Positions 44,458-54,588 of a stretch of 64,000 nucleotides of DNA are shown here, piece after piece. Each line of letters begins with the position of its first letter. Position 1 is the first letter of the stretch. Source of the stretch: an uncultured candidatus Porisulfidus sp. (GTDB lineage: Bacteria > Pseudomonadota > Gammaproteobacteria > Poriferisulfidales > Poriferisulfidaceae); NCBI GenBank assembly GCA_965199755.1, contig CBDASZ010000001.1, positions 864,001 to 928,000 of the forward strand, in the 5' to 3' direction. The translations under genes and the position numbers were made by a program. The notes beneath the pieces are model-generated. The model saw only the letters and a list, made by a program, of their open reading frames with translations, did not search any database and was not told where the DNA came from.

Positions 44458-46361
44458 GACTCCAGTCCCTCAAGAAACTGCAGCGCCTGCGCTAGATCCC
44501 GACTGGCCGGCGCATTCGGCAAACTGTCCAGAAGCGTCTTGCCGTAGCGCTTTGTTTCCAAACGCGGATCAGCAATCACGAGCAATCCGCGATCAGTTAT
44601 CCGTCGGATCAATCGCCCGCAACCTTGCTTCAGCATCAATGCCGCACGCGGCAGTTGCAGCTGCAAAAAAGGTTTTCCACCCTGTTCTTCTACCAACGCC
44701 GCCCGCGCCTTAAACAACAAATCGTGATGCGACTCAAAAGGAATCTTGTCAATGATCACGCAACTCAAAGCCGGGCCCGGAACATCCACGCCTTCCCAAA
44801 AACTCGCGGATCCCAACAGTACGGCATTGTCGGTAGCAGCAAATTTCTTCAGCAACTCCTGACGCGAATTCGTGCCTTGCATCAGAAGCATGCAGTCCAG
44901 CCGAGGCTCCAGCCATTTCGTCGCCTGCTCCATGGCGCGAAAGCTGGTGAACAGCATGAAGGTCCGACCATGCAGTTGCTGTAGCAGCGGCAGTATCGCC
45001 TCAAGCATGGTCTCGGTGTAATTCTTCTCATTCGGTTCCGGCAAATCCGGCGGCAAGTACAACAGCGCTTGCTGCGTGAAATCAAACGGACTGTGCAGTT
45101 GCAGTGCTTTGGTCTGTCCGGGATCCAACCCTAGCTGCTGCATGAAGTAGTCAAAATTGCCCGCCACGGACATGGTGGCTGATGTGTACACCCAGCGTGA
45201 CGGATAATTCTCGCGAGCCGCCACAAACTGTTTGCTGACGTCAATCGGCACACTGTGCAATTCAAAGCCGGTGCGCGTGAAGCACAGATAATCACAATAC
45301 ACGGACAACTTGCGAGGCCAGGCAGACAATTCCTCCACCATGTTTCTGCTGCGCAAGATCAACTTCTCCAGTTCCGCATCTTCCTTGTCCGTAACCTGAT
45401 CGCCCAGGATCTCCACGAACTGCTCCAATTGCTCCCGTAAAGGGCGCGCATGCCCAGCGAAGTTCTCAGGCGGCAACAATCGCTCGTTGGGCACAGGATC
45501 CTGATACAGGGCCTGCCATTTCTTCTGCATTTCCGCCACCACCTGCTGCAGCGCTCTGGCCGAAGCCCCCATCGCTTGACTTTTGGCCCATGGTCGACGC
45601 GAGAGTTTGTCTGCATCCCGACACAACATCTGGAAGCCGCCGGTAGTGAGCCGCGTCCCCCAGACACTCTCAAGCGCCGCATTTAGGCGATGTGCTTCAT
45701 CTAGAACCAGCACCTCAAGTTTCGGCAATAACTCGCCGCCCATCGCCATGTCCGTTGCGAGCAGATGGTGGTTGGTGACCACCACATCGGCTGTACGCGC
45801 CCGATCCCGCGCCAGCGTGACATAGCAATCCCGGTATTGCTTGCACTTCTTGCCCAGACAGTTTTCCTCGCTTGAAGTAATCAGAGGAATGACTCGATCG
45901 TTCTCCCCCAAGCCCATTTCGGCTAGATCGCCGAAGCGCGTCTCATCCCGCCATTGCTGCAAGTTCGGTAGTTGCTTGCTGCGCGTTGTGCGCACATATT
46001 CATCGTAGCGATACAGGCACAGATAATTGGCCCGCCCCTTCAGCACGCAGACGCGCGCATTCTGGCCGGTCGCCTTCAACGCCAGCGGTAGATCGTCATC
46101 GTACAGCTGATCCTGAAGGTGCCGGGTACCGGTCGAAATCAGGGTTCTCTTGCCGTATGCCAATACCGGTAGCAGATAGGACAAGGTCTTGCCTACACCG
46201 GTTCCGGCCTCGACCACCAGCGCATGATCATCCGACAAGGCTCCCCAGATCGCCTCCGACATTCTGATCTGTTCTTTGCGCGGCACATACTCTGAAAGTC
46301 GAGCGGCCACCTCGCCGTCTTCGGCAAAAGCCTGACGCGCGTTGAAGTCAATCGACTTCAC
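44454..46361 (-). CDS. yoaA: DinG/YoaA-family Fe-S helicase
   Basis: EAGTGVGKT, KGRANYLC + CLGKKC...C (Fe-S ligands), DEAH, FWEGVD and QGCGRLIR; next to tsaB. Confidence 0.9.
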   Translation of the reverse strand: MKSIDFNARQAFAEDGEVAARLSEYVPRKEQIRMSEAIWGALSDDHALVVEAGTGVGKTLSYLLPVLAYGKRTLISTGTRHLQDQLYDDDLPLALKATGQNARVCVLKGRANYLCLYRYDEYVRTTRSKQLPNLQQWRDETRFGDLAEMGLGENDRVIPLITSSEENCLGKKCKQYRDCYVTLARDRARTADVVVTNHHLLATDMAMGGELLPKLEVLVLDEAHRLNAALESVWGTRLTTGGFQMLCRDADKLSRRPWAKSQAMGASARALQQVVAEMQKKWQALYQDPVPNERLLPPENFAGHARPLREQLEQFVEILGDQVTDKEDAELEKLILRSRNMVEELSAWPRKLSVYCDYLCFTRTGFELHSVPIDVSKQFVAARENYPSRWVYTSATMSVAGNFDYFMQQLGLDPGQTKALQLHSPFDFTQQALLYLPPDLPEPNEKNYTETMLEAILPLLQQLHGRTFMLFTSFRAMEQATKWLEPRLDCMLLMQGTNSRQELLKKFAATDNAVLLGSASFWEGVDVPGPALSCVIIDKIPFESHHDLLFKARAALVEEQGGKPFLQLQLPRAALMLKQGCGRLIRRITDRGLLVIADPRLETKRYGKTLLDSLPNAPASRDLAQALQFLEGLES

Positions 46362-46846
46362 GGCGAGGGCGCACCCTCAAGCAACACCACGGCATGCGCC
46401 GCAATTCCTTCGGCGCGTCCCAGTGTCCCAAGCCCTTCATGTGTGGTTGCTTTGATATTGACGCATGATACCTGCAGTGACAGCAGCGCGGCGACGGACG
46501 TGCAAATCGCCTCGCGATGCGGGCTCAGTTTGGGTTCCTGCGCAATCACCGTAATGTCGGTATTGACGACCACCCAGCCTGCCGCTTGCACATCCTCCAG
46601 AACCCGGTGCAGCATCTCCGAACTGGGTGCGTCAAGCCAGCGCTGATCCGTGTCCGGGAACAGCAGTCCAATGTCGCCGAGCCCGGCCGCGCCGAGCAAA
46701 GCGTCAATCAAGGCATGCAGGATGACATCGCCATCGGAATGTGCCTTTACGCCGCGGGTATGGGGGATTTCGATTCCGCCCAGGGCCAGTCCCTGCGACG
46801 CATCATCGAAAGCATGAATGTCATAGCCGTGTCCAATACGCATCAT
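46358..46846 (-). CDS. ispF: 2-C-methyl-D-erythritol 2,4-cyclodiphosphate synthase
   Basis: RIGHGYDIH, HSDGDV..HA..DA and NIKATT.E. Confidence 0.97.
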   Translation of the reverse strand: MMRIGHGYDIHAFDDASQGLALGGIEIPHTRGVKAHSDGDVILHALIDALLGAAGLGDIGLLFPDTDQRWLDAPSSEMLHRVLEDVQAAGWVVVNTDITVIAQEPKLSPHREAICTSVAALLSLQVSCVNIKATTHEGLGTLGRAEGIAAHAVVLLEGAPSP

Positions 46847-47534
46847 CGGGGTCCTCCTGAAGTATCTGCTCGGCCCGTGTTATATCATCAGGCCAGGTCA
46901 GTTTAATATTGTGCTCACCGCAACGTAGCAGCCGCGGCGCGTAGCCGCAGTGCTCCATGGCGCTCGACTCATCCGTAACCGTGATGTCTTCCGCCTGCGC
47001 GCGGCGTAGGGCTTCACGCAAAGCCTGCAGGCGAAACATCTGCGGAGTTTGCGCGCGCCACAAGTCCTCGCGATCCACAGGTTGCTGAATGCGCTGGTCT
47101 TTGGAAGCGCGCTTCAAACTGTCAATCACTGGAATCGCCAATAGCATTCCTTGCTCATCCGGTTCTTGCAACATACCGTCAATATCTGATTGCCACACGC
47201 ATGGACGCGCCACATCATGCACCAGCACCCAGCAGTCATCCGCACCGTGCATCGCCACGGCGTCTAATCCGCGCAGTACGGAGTCGGCGCGCGTCGCACC
47301 ACCCTCCACTTCACGAAACATCATGCCGGAAGGTACTTGGGGCAATTCTGAGGCGATGCTCTCGCCGGCCGGCAACATCAACGTGATGCTTTGAATTCTG
47401 GGATAACACAAAGCGAACGGCCGCACCGCGTAGTCCACCACGCGACGTCCTGCGAGAGGGACGCGCCACTTGGCCCCCCCGAAGCGCGAGCCTGAGCCCG
47501 CACCCACAATCACTGCATGAAACTCGTCCGACAT
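46821..47534 (-). CDS. ispD: 2-C-methyl-D-erythritol 4-phosphate cytidylyltransferase
   Basis: AG.GSRF, GGATRADSV, VLVHD.ARP, AQTPQ.F and NIKLT.P.D. Confidence 0.93.
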   Translation of the reverse strand: MSDEFHAVIVGAGSGSRFGGAKWRVPLAGRRVVDYAVRPFALCYPRIQSITLMLPAGESIASELPQVPSGMMFREVEGGATRADSVLRGLDAVAMHGADDCWVLVHDVARPCVWQSDIDGMLQEPDEQGMLLAIPVIDSLKRASKDQRIQQPVDREDLWRAQTPQMFRLQALREALRRAQAEDITVTDESSAMEHCGYAPRLLRCGEHNIKLTWPDDITRAEQILQEDPDDAYWTRL

Positions 47535-47544
47535 GATTCGTACT

Positions 47545-47850
47545 CTATTCTTCCGGTGGCAGTTCTTCTTCTGCAGGACCCGGATCGATCAGTTGATAGA
47601 ACTCCTCATCCTCGCGAATCATGCCGAGTTTCTCTCGCGCCAAACCTTCGATTCCAGCCAACCCCTCGCGCAAGTCTTCCAAATCTGAAGCAAGAATCTG
47701 ATTACGCTCCAGTAGTTGAGCATTCTCTTGCTTGAGGCGCTGATATTCCCCGGCCTGATACCAGATGTCCAGCAACCCACCTTGGCCCGAGACTAAAAAG
47801 AACAGCGATATCAGCAGCAAGCCTGCCAAACCCCAGGTCAGCCAGCGCAT
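47545..47850 (-). CDS. ftsB: Cell division protein FtsB
   Basis: TM plus coiled coil, and E.LARE.LGMI..DE.FY; conserved eno-ftsB-ispD order. Confidence 0.92.
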   Translation of the reverse strand: MRWLTWGLAGLLLISLFFLVSGQGGLLDIWYQAGEYQRLKQENAQLLERNQILASDLEDLREGLAGIEGLAREKLGMIREDEEFYQLIDPGPAEEELPPEE

Positions 47851-47866
47851 GCGCCTGCGCCTCCTA

Positions 47867-49189
<1,323 letters not shown>

Positions 49190-49213
49190 TTAGCTCATTG
49201 TACAAAATGAGCC

Positions 49214-49501
49214 TTACCGCTTGGTGAATTTTCCTTTGAGCTTGCCCCAGTAGCCTTTCGCTTGCGTATTGGCGTCGTCGAAATTCTTGGGAAAGTGTTC
49301 CTTTAATCTTGTCGTCCAGGCATACCCCGATTCTGTCAGAATCAGCAGTCCCGCTGGAATCACCACTATCGCCGGGCCCGGCGTGAAAATCATCACCACG
49401 CCGATCAGTACCACCACCGCGCCAACCACCACCGTGCCAACACGCCACAACAGAGTATCACGGATGCGCTGCATCAAACTTCGTGCGGAAGACGAAGCCA
49501 T
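49214..49501 (-). CDS. PGPGW-domain-like small membrane protein
   Basis: Two TMs with a TPGPA....GL.IL..E..W motif. Start overlaps the dcd stop. Confidence 0.75.
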   Translation of the reverse strand: MASSSARSLMQRIRDTLLWRVGTVVVGAVVVLIGVVMIFTPGPAIVVIPAGLLILTESGYAWTTRLKEHFPKNFDDANTQAKGYWGKLKGKFTKR

Positions 49502-50067
49502 CAGGCTCTCGGCAGGGTTACGCCTTTCTGGTTTTGATACTTGCCGCCGCGGTCGGCGTACGAGGTTTCACAGGCTTCATCCGCACCAAAGAAAATCAAC
49601 TGCGCTACGCCTTCGTTGGCATGAATTTTCGCCGGCAACGGTGTGGTATTGGAAAATTCCAGCGTCACGTGCCCTTCCCATTCCGGCTCAAGCGGTGTTA
49701 CATTCACGATGATGCCGCAGCGCGCATAAGTGGACTTGCCCAGACAGATTACCAGAACGTCACGCGGAATCCGCAATCGCTCCACCGTGCTCGCCAACAC
49801 AAAAGAGTTCGGCGGAATGATGCACACGTCGCCTTCGTAGTCCACAAAACTGTCCGGTTCAAACTGTTTGGGGTCCACCACGGCCGAGTGGATATTGGTG
49901 AAAATCTTGAAATGCGTTGAGCAGCGAATGTCGTAACCGTAACTCGACACGCCGTAGGAAATCACCGGCTGGCCATCCACACTGCGGATCTGGCTGGGCT
50001 CAAACGGTGTGATCAGATCTTCCTGTTCAGCCATGCGCCGAATCCAACGGTCGGACTTGACCCCCAT
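49501..50067 (-). CDS. dcd: dCTP deaminase
   Basis: [27 protein letters not shown] and KYQ.Q.G. Confidence 0.97.
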   Translation of the reverse strand: MGVKSDRWIRRMAEQEDLITPFEPSQIRSVDGQPVISYGVSSYGYDIRCSTHFKIFTNIHSAVVDPKQFEPDSFVDYEGDVCIIPPNSFVLASTVERLRIPRDVLVICLGKSTYARCGIIVNVTPLEPEWEGHVTLEFSNTTPLPAKIHANEGVAQLIFFGADEACETSYADRGGKYQNQKGVTLPRA

Positions 50068-50070
50068 TAT

Positions 50071-51159
50071 TTAGTCGTTCTGGATGACGATGTGCGGGAA
50101 TTTCGCACTGTAATCTTTTGCCTGCATGGCCAGTTTGGCCGCTGTGCGCCGCGCAATGTCGCGGTAGATCTGGGCAATGCGACCCTCCGGCTCAGCAATC
50201 ACGGTCGGTTTGCCACTGTCGGTCTCTTCCCGAATACGGCGGTCCAGCGGCAGTTGCCCAAGCAGTTCCACGTCATTCTCTTGCGCCAGATTCTCGCCGC
50301 CGCCAGTGCCAAAAATCGGCTCTTCATATCCGCAGTTGCTGCAAATGTGCAGGCTCATGTTTTCGACGACACCAAGCACCGGCACCTCGACCTTGCGAAA
50401 CATCTTCAAACCCTTGCGCGCATCCAGCAAGGCGATGTTCTGCGGCGTGGTGACAATCACCGCGCCACTGACCGGAATCTTTTGCGCCAGCGTCAACTGC
50501 ACATCACCCGTGCCCGGCGGCAGGTCCACCACCAGGTAGTCCAGGTTGCGCCAGCGGGTATCGTTGAGCAACTGCTCAAGCGCCTGCGTCACCATCGGAC
50601 CGCGCCAGATCATCGGTGTCTCTTCGTCAATCAGGAAGCCAATCGACATGGCCTGCAGCCCATGACTCATCATCGGCTCCAGACTTTTGCCATCTTGTGA
50701 ATCAGGCTGCCCGGAAATGCCCAGCATGATCGGCTGGCTGGGCCCATAAATATCAGCGTCCAGCATGCCAACGATGGCACCTTCGGTTGACAGCGCCAGC
50801 GCCAGATTGATTGCGGTAGTGGATTTGCCGACACCGCCCTTGCCGGAAGCGACGGCGATCACATTCTTGATGTTCTCCATCGGTTTGAGGTTCTTTTGCA
50901 CCGAATGCGCCTGAATGTCCCAGCCCACATCCACCTCTACACTGCCCGCACCATCCAAAGCGTTCAGCTTCTCCTCGATCTCCTGCTTCAACTCATCACG
51001 AATACCCTTGGCCGGATAGCCCAAACGAATCGTGACCGACACCGCATCGCCGGATACCGACACATCCTGAATCGCACGCGCCTTCCCAAGATCCACCTCC
51101 GCTACCGGGTCCTGGATTTCTTTCAGCGCATTTTCGACCTGTTCCTGGCTAAGCGCCAT
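50071..51159 (-). CDS. apbC: Iron-sulfur cluster carrier protein ApbC/Mrp
   Basis: SGKGGVGKST, DADIYGPS, WRGPM, DLPPGTGD and ENMS..ICSNC. Confidence 0.96.
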   Translation of the reverse strand: MALSQEQVENALKEIQDPVAEVDLGKARAIQDVSVSGDAVSVTIRLGYPAKGIRDELKQEIEEKLNALDGAGSVEVDVGWDIQAHSVQKNLKPMENIKNVIAVASGKGGVGKSTTAINLALALSTEGAIVGMLDADIYGPSQPIMLGISGQPDSQDGKSLEPMMSHGLQAMSIGFLIDEETPMIWRGPMVTQALEQLLNDTRWRNLDYLVVDLPPGTGDVQLTLAQKIPVSGAVIVTTPQNIALLDARKGLKMFRKVEVPVLGVVENMSLHICSNCGYEEPIFGTGGGENLAQENDVELLGQLPLDRRIREETDSGKPTVIAEPEGRIAQIYRDIARRTAAKLAMQAKDYSAKFPHIVIQND

Positions 51160-51250
51160 GATTTTTCTCTCCTGCTGGGGTGTGCGTGCGCATTATAAGG
51201 GGACTGACCTGCATCGCCTCCCTCGCAAGTCATCTCTACTCTTTGAAAAC

Positions 51251-51325
51251 TGGAGCTGGCGAGAGGAATCGAACCCCCAACCTGCTGTTTACAAAACAGC
51301 TGCTCTGCCGTTGAGCTACGCCAGC
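51251..51325 (-). tRNA. tRNA-Thr (TGT)
   Basis: Reverse complement GCTGGCGTAGCTCAACGGCAGAGCAGCTGTTTTGTAAACAGCAGGTTGGGGGTTCGATTCCTCTCGCCAGCTCCA. Confidence 0.97.
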
Positions 51326-51335
51326 GTAGCGACAA

Positions 51336-52295
51336 TTATACGTCCGCGCTCTCTTGCGCGGCATCGCGCAACGCGCTCAGGTAGGACTTGCATGCGTCAT
51401 CCAGCGGTGCCGTAACACGCACTCGTGTACCGCGCACCGGGTGGCGCAATTCCAGTGAATGCGCATGCAAAAACAAGCGTCTAAACCCTACCGCTTTCGC
51501 TTGTTGATTGGCCTCGCGTTGGCCATAACGCGCATCGCCGATAACCGGATGCCCCTGCTCGCTCGTATGCACCCGAATCTGATGCGTCCGACCGGTCTCG
51601 ATAGCGACATCAAGTAATGTGGCGCATCCCAGTTGCTCGAGCACCCGGAACTGTGTCCGCGCCTCTCTGCCCGCTGCATCTACGACCACCTTGCGCCCTT
51701 TCGCCTGACGCCGACGAACCTGTAAGGCGGAACGCACCTCCTGCACATCTTCAGACCACTCTCCATGCACCAACACGCGATAGCGCTTGCGCACGGCGCG
51801 TGTGCGCAACTGACGCTGCACTCCCAACAATGCGGGACGGCTGCGCGCCAGAATCAGGCAACCACTGCTGCCACGATCCAGCCGATGTGCCAATTCCAGA
51901 AACTCTTCCCCCTCTCTGCTCTGCCGCAGTACCTGCAGCAAACCAAAACGCAGGCGGCTGCCGCCGTGCACTGCGAGTCCCGACGGTTTGTTGACAATCA
52001 GAAGATCCGCATCCTCATACAGCACAGGTACGGATATTTCCGGCGCTTCAATCGGCTCCATTTGCGCTTCGCTTCGATGCGGCGGCAAACGCACCTGATC
52101 GCCAGCACTCAGGCGGCGCGCAGGTGTCGCGCGGCCGCGATTGACCCGTACCTGTCCCGTTCGAATCCAGCGATACACCGCGCTGCGCGGGGCATCCAGA
52201 CGCGACAGCAGGAAATTATCCAGCCGGCGGCCGGCTTCAGGCTCCTGTACCGAGACGTATTGCACAGGTTGTGGCTGCGGAGATTTCGAGTTCAT
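51336..52295 (-). CDS. rluC: 23S rRNA pseudouridine synthase (RluC type)
   Basis: S4 domain RLDNFL...GQVRVN, NKPSGLAVHGG, HRLDR and TGRTHQIRVH; divergent from rne. Confidence 0.93.
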   Translation of the reverse strand: MNSKSPQPQPVQYVSVQEPEAGRRLDNFLLSRLDAPRSAVYRWIRTGQVRVNRGRATPARRLSAGDQVRLPPHRSEAQMEPIEAPEISVPVLYEDADLLIVNKPSGLAVHGGSRLRFGLLQVLRQSREGEEFLELAHRLDRGSSGCLILARSRPALLGVQRQLRTRAVRKRYRVLVHGEWSEDVQEVRSALQVRRRQAKGRKVVVDAAGREARTQFRVLEQLGCATLLDVAIETGRTHQIRVHTSEQGHPVIGDARYGQREANQQAKAVGFRRLFLHAHSLELRHPVRGTRVRVTAPLDDACKSYLSALRDAAQESADV

Positions 52296-52350
52296 AAGCC
52301 GTAGTTCATTTCAGCGGGTTTCAGACATTTAATGCCTCGATCACAAGACC

Positions 52351-52639
52351 TGTTATACTAAGGTCAGAATTTGCGACGCTGTGGATTTCAGATCTGCAGG
52401 TTATCCGATCGACAAAATTTGTCATCATCAAGAGTTTCTCCGGGCTGATTATTCAACGCTAGTCTCGGCCCTCAATACTTGATTTATTGAAACAATCCGC
52501 TCCCCAAATACGCCAATGATGCACCCCGCGAACACTGATATGAATCCGCGAATGTCTGACTTGCGCGATGCGCTGCCTGCGGCTCAGCTGAGCGTAGCAA
52601 CCCGCTTTACGGGAGCCTTGCAACCGTTACAGGATCACT
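52351..52639 (+). promoter_or_regulatory. Extended -10 promoter and long 5' leader of rne
   Basis: TGtTATACT at 52351-52359, about 280 nt before the rne ATG. Long leaders are typical of autoregulated rne. Confidence 0.5.
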
Positions 52640-54580
52640 ATGAAACGCATCCTCATCAATGCGACGCAGCAGGAAGAACTGCGCGTAGCTATGGTCGACG
52701 GTCAGGAACTGATCGACCTCGACATCGAGCTGCCCGGTAAAGAATTACGTAAATCCAATATCTACAAGGCACGTATCGTCCGCATAGAGCCCAGTCTCGA
52801 AGCGGCGTTTGTAGATTATGGAATGCCGCGCCACGGCTTTTTGCCGTTTCGCGAAATCTCATCCTCTTGCTACCGAAACAAAGGGGCCAAGGTCATCAGT
52901 GACGCGGTCTCTGAAGGTCAGGAACTGATTGTTCAGGTGACGCAGGATGAACGCGGCAACAAAGGCGCAGCACTCACCACCAACCCGTCCCTGCCCGGGC
53001 GCTATCTGGTGCTGATGCCGAACAATGCCCGCACCGGTGGCATCTCACGGCAAATTGAAGGCGAAGAACGCGAGGAATTGCAGCGCGTCGCCGCGCAACT
53101 GACTCCGCCAGAAGGCTCCGGCTTCATCATCCGCACCGCCGGCATCGGCCACAGCGTCAAGGAACTGCAGTGGGATCTAGACAACCAGGCGCGCCTGTGG
53201 GAAGCGATTCAGAAAGCCGCTGCAAAACCGGCACCGCTGATGCTCTACAGCGACAACGATGCTGTCATCCGCGCATTGCGGGACAACCTTCGCAGCGACA
53301 TTGGCGAAGTGCTGATCGACGACGACGAGACCTACCAGAAAGCCTGCAAGTTTGTCGAGCGCATGGCACCGCAGTTTCGCAAGCAACTGATTCGCCATGA
53401 CAGCGATACGCCGCTGTTTAGTCATTATCAGATTGAAAGCCATATCGAATCCGCGCATAACCGCACGGTGCACCTGCCATCCGGCGGCACCATCGCGATC
53501 GACCATACCGAAGCACTGGTCTCCATCGACATCAATTCAGCACGCGCCACCAAAAGCGGTGACATTGAAACCACCGCTCTGAAAACCAACCTGGAAGCGG
53601 CGCGTGAAATTGCGCGTCAGTTGCGGCTGCGTAACCTCGGCGGCCTGGTCGTGATTGACTTCATCGACATGGTCAGCGCGAGTAATCAGAAAAAAGTCGA
53701 GAACGAGTTTCGCGAGGCCTCGCGCGTGGATCGGGCACGGGTCCAGATCGGGCGCCTGTCTCGCTTCGGGCTGCTGGAGTTGTCACGCCAGCGAATCCGC
53801 CCGACGCTCGGAGAGTTCACGCAGATCATCTGCCCACGCTGCGACGGTCACGGCTCAATCCGCACCGTCCCGTCTTTGGCACTGGCAACCCTGCGATTGA
53901 TTGAAGAAGAGGCGATGAAGCAAAACACGGGAATGGTCGTGATGGAATTGCCGGTCGCGGTAACTTCCTATCTGCTGAATGAGAAACGTGAGGCCATTGA
54001 GGAATTGACGCACCGCCACAGTGTGCGCATCCGCCTGCTGCCTGTCGTCGAACTTGAGGTGCCGCATTACCGGCTGCATCGCTACCGGGATGACGCGCCT
54101 GAACTGTCGCAACGCTTCGACTATGAAGCGCCGAAACTGCCCGATTCCAATTTGCGGGTATCCACCACGCAGGAACGCAGCGTACACGAAAAAGAAGCCG
54201 CGCCACGACAAACCCCGGAGGTGGATGTTACCGATCATCTGGTTTCCTCACCGCGCCGGCGCTCACTGCTTGAATGGCTGCTACGCCCGCTGCAGAGAAC
54301 GCCAAAGGAAGCCGAAGCGACCGATGAGAAAACATCGTCTGATACGTCGGCTCAGCCACGCTCACGCAATAACAATCGGCGGCGCCGCGGCGGCAGCGGT
54401 CAACGCAACGAGCGAGACGCCCGCTCTGATTCCGCCACACGCGATCAGCCACAACGGCGGCGGCGTGGGCGGCGCGGTGGACGCAACCGTCGGCGCGCAC
54501 AAGGTCCGTATGGCAATACCTCTGCTGGTGATGGGCGCGCGCGCGCCAGTGGCTCTGACGGCTCGGGACGCGACAGTTAG
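52640..54580 (+). CDS. rne: Ribonuclease E with a short C-terminal region
   Basis: MKRILINATQQEELRVA, EPSLEAAFVDYG, DINSARAT, VIDFIDM, CPRC Zn-link, an amphipathic segment and an Arg-rich tail. Confidence 0.95.
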   Translation: MKRILINATQQEELRVAMVDGQELIDLDIELPGKELRKSNIYKARIVRIEPSLEAAFVDYGMPRHGFLPFREISSSCYRNKGAKVISDAVSEGQELIVQVTQDERGNKGAALTTNPSLPGRYLVLMPNNARTGGISRQIEGEEREELQRVAAQLTPPEGSGFIIRTAGIGHSVKELQWDLDNQARLWEAIQKAAAKPAPLMLYSDNDAVIRALRDNLRSDIGEVLIDDDETYQKACKFVERMAPQFRKQLIRHDSDTPLFSHYQIESHIESAHNRTVHLPSGGTIAIDHTEALVSIDINSARATKSGDIETTALKTNLEAAREIARQLRLRNLGGLVVIDFIDMVSASNQKKVENEFREASRVDRARVQIGRLSRFGLLELSRQRIRPTLGEFTQIICPRCDGHGSIRTVPSLALATLRLIEEEAMKQNTGMVVMELPVAVTSYLLNEKREAIEELTHRHSVRIRLLPVVELEVPHYRLHRYRDDAPELSQRFDYEAPKLPDSNLRVSTTQERSVHEKEAAPRQTPEVDVTDHLVSSPRRRSLLEWLLRPLQRTPKEAEATDEKTSSDTSAQPRSRNNNRRRRGGSGQRNERDARSDSATRDQPQRRRRGRRGGRNRRRAQGPYGNTSAGDGRARASGSDGSGRDS

Positions 54581-54588
54581 TTCTGGCG

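Noticed and set aside
54355-54545. Repetitive CGG/GGC-rich stretch as a DNA repeat
   Set aside because: It is explained by the Arg/Gly-rich RNA-binding tail of RNase E.
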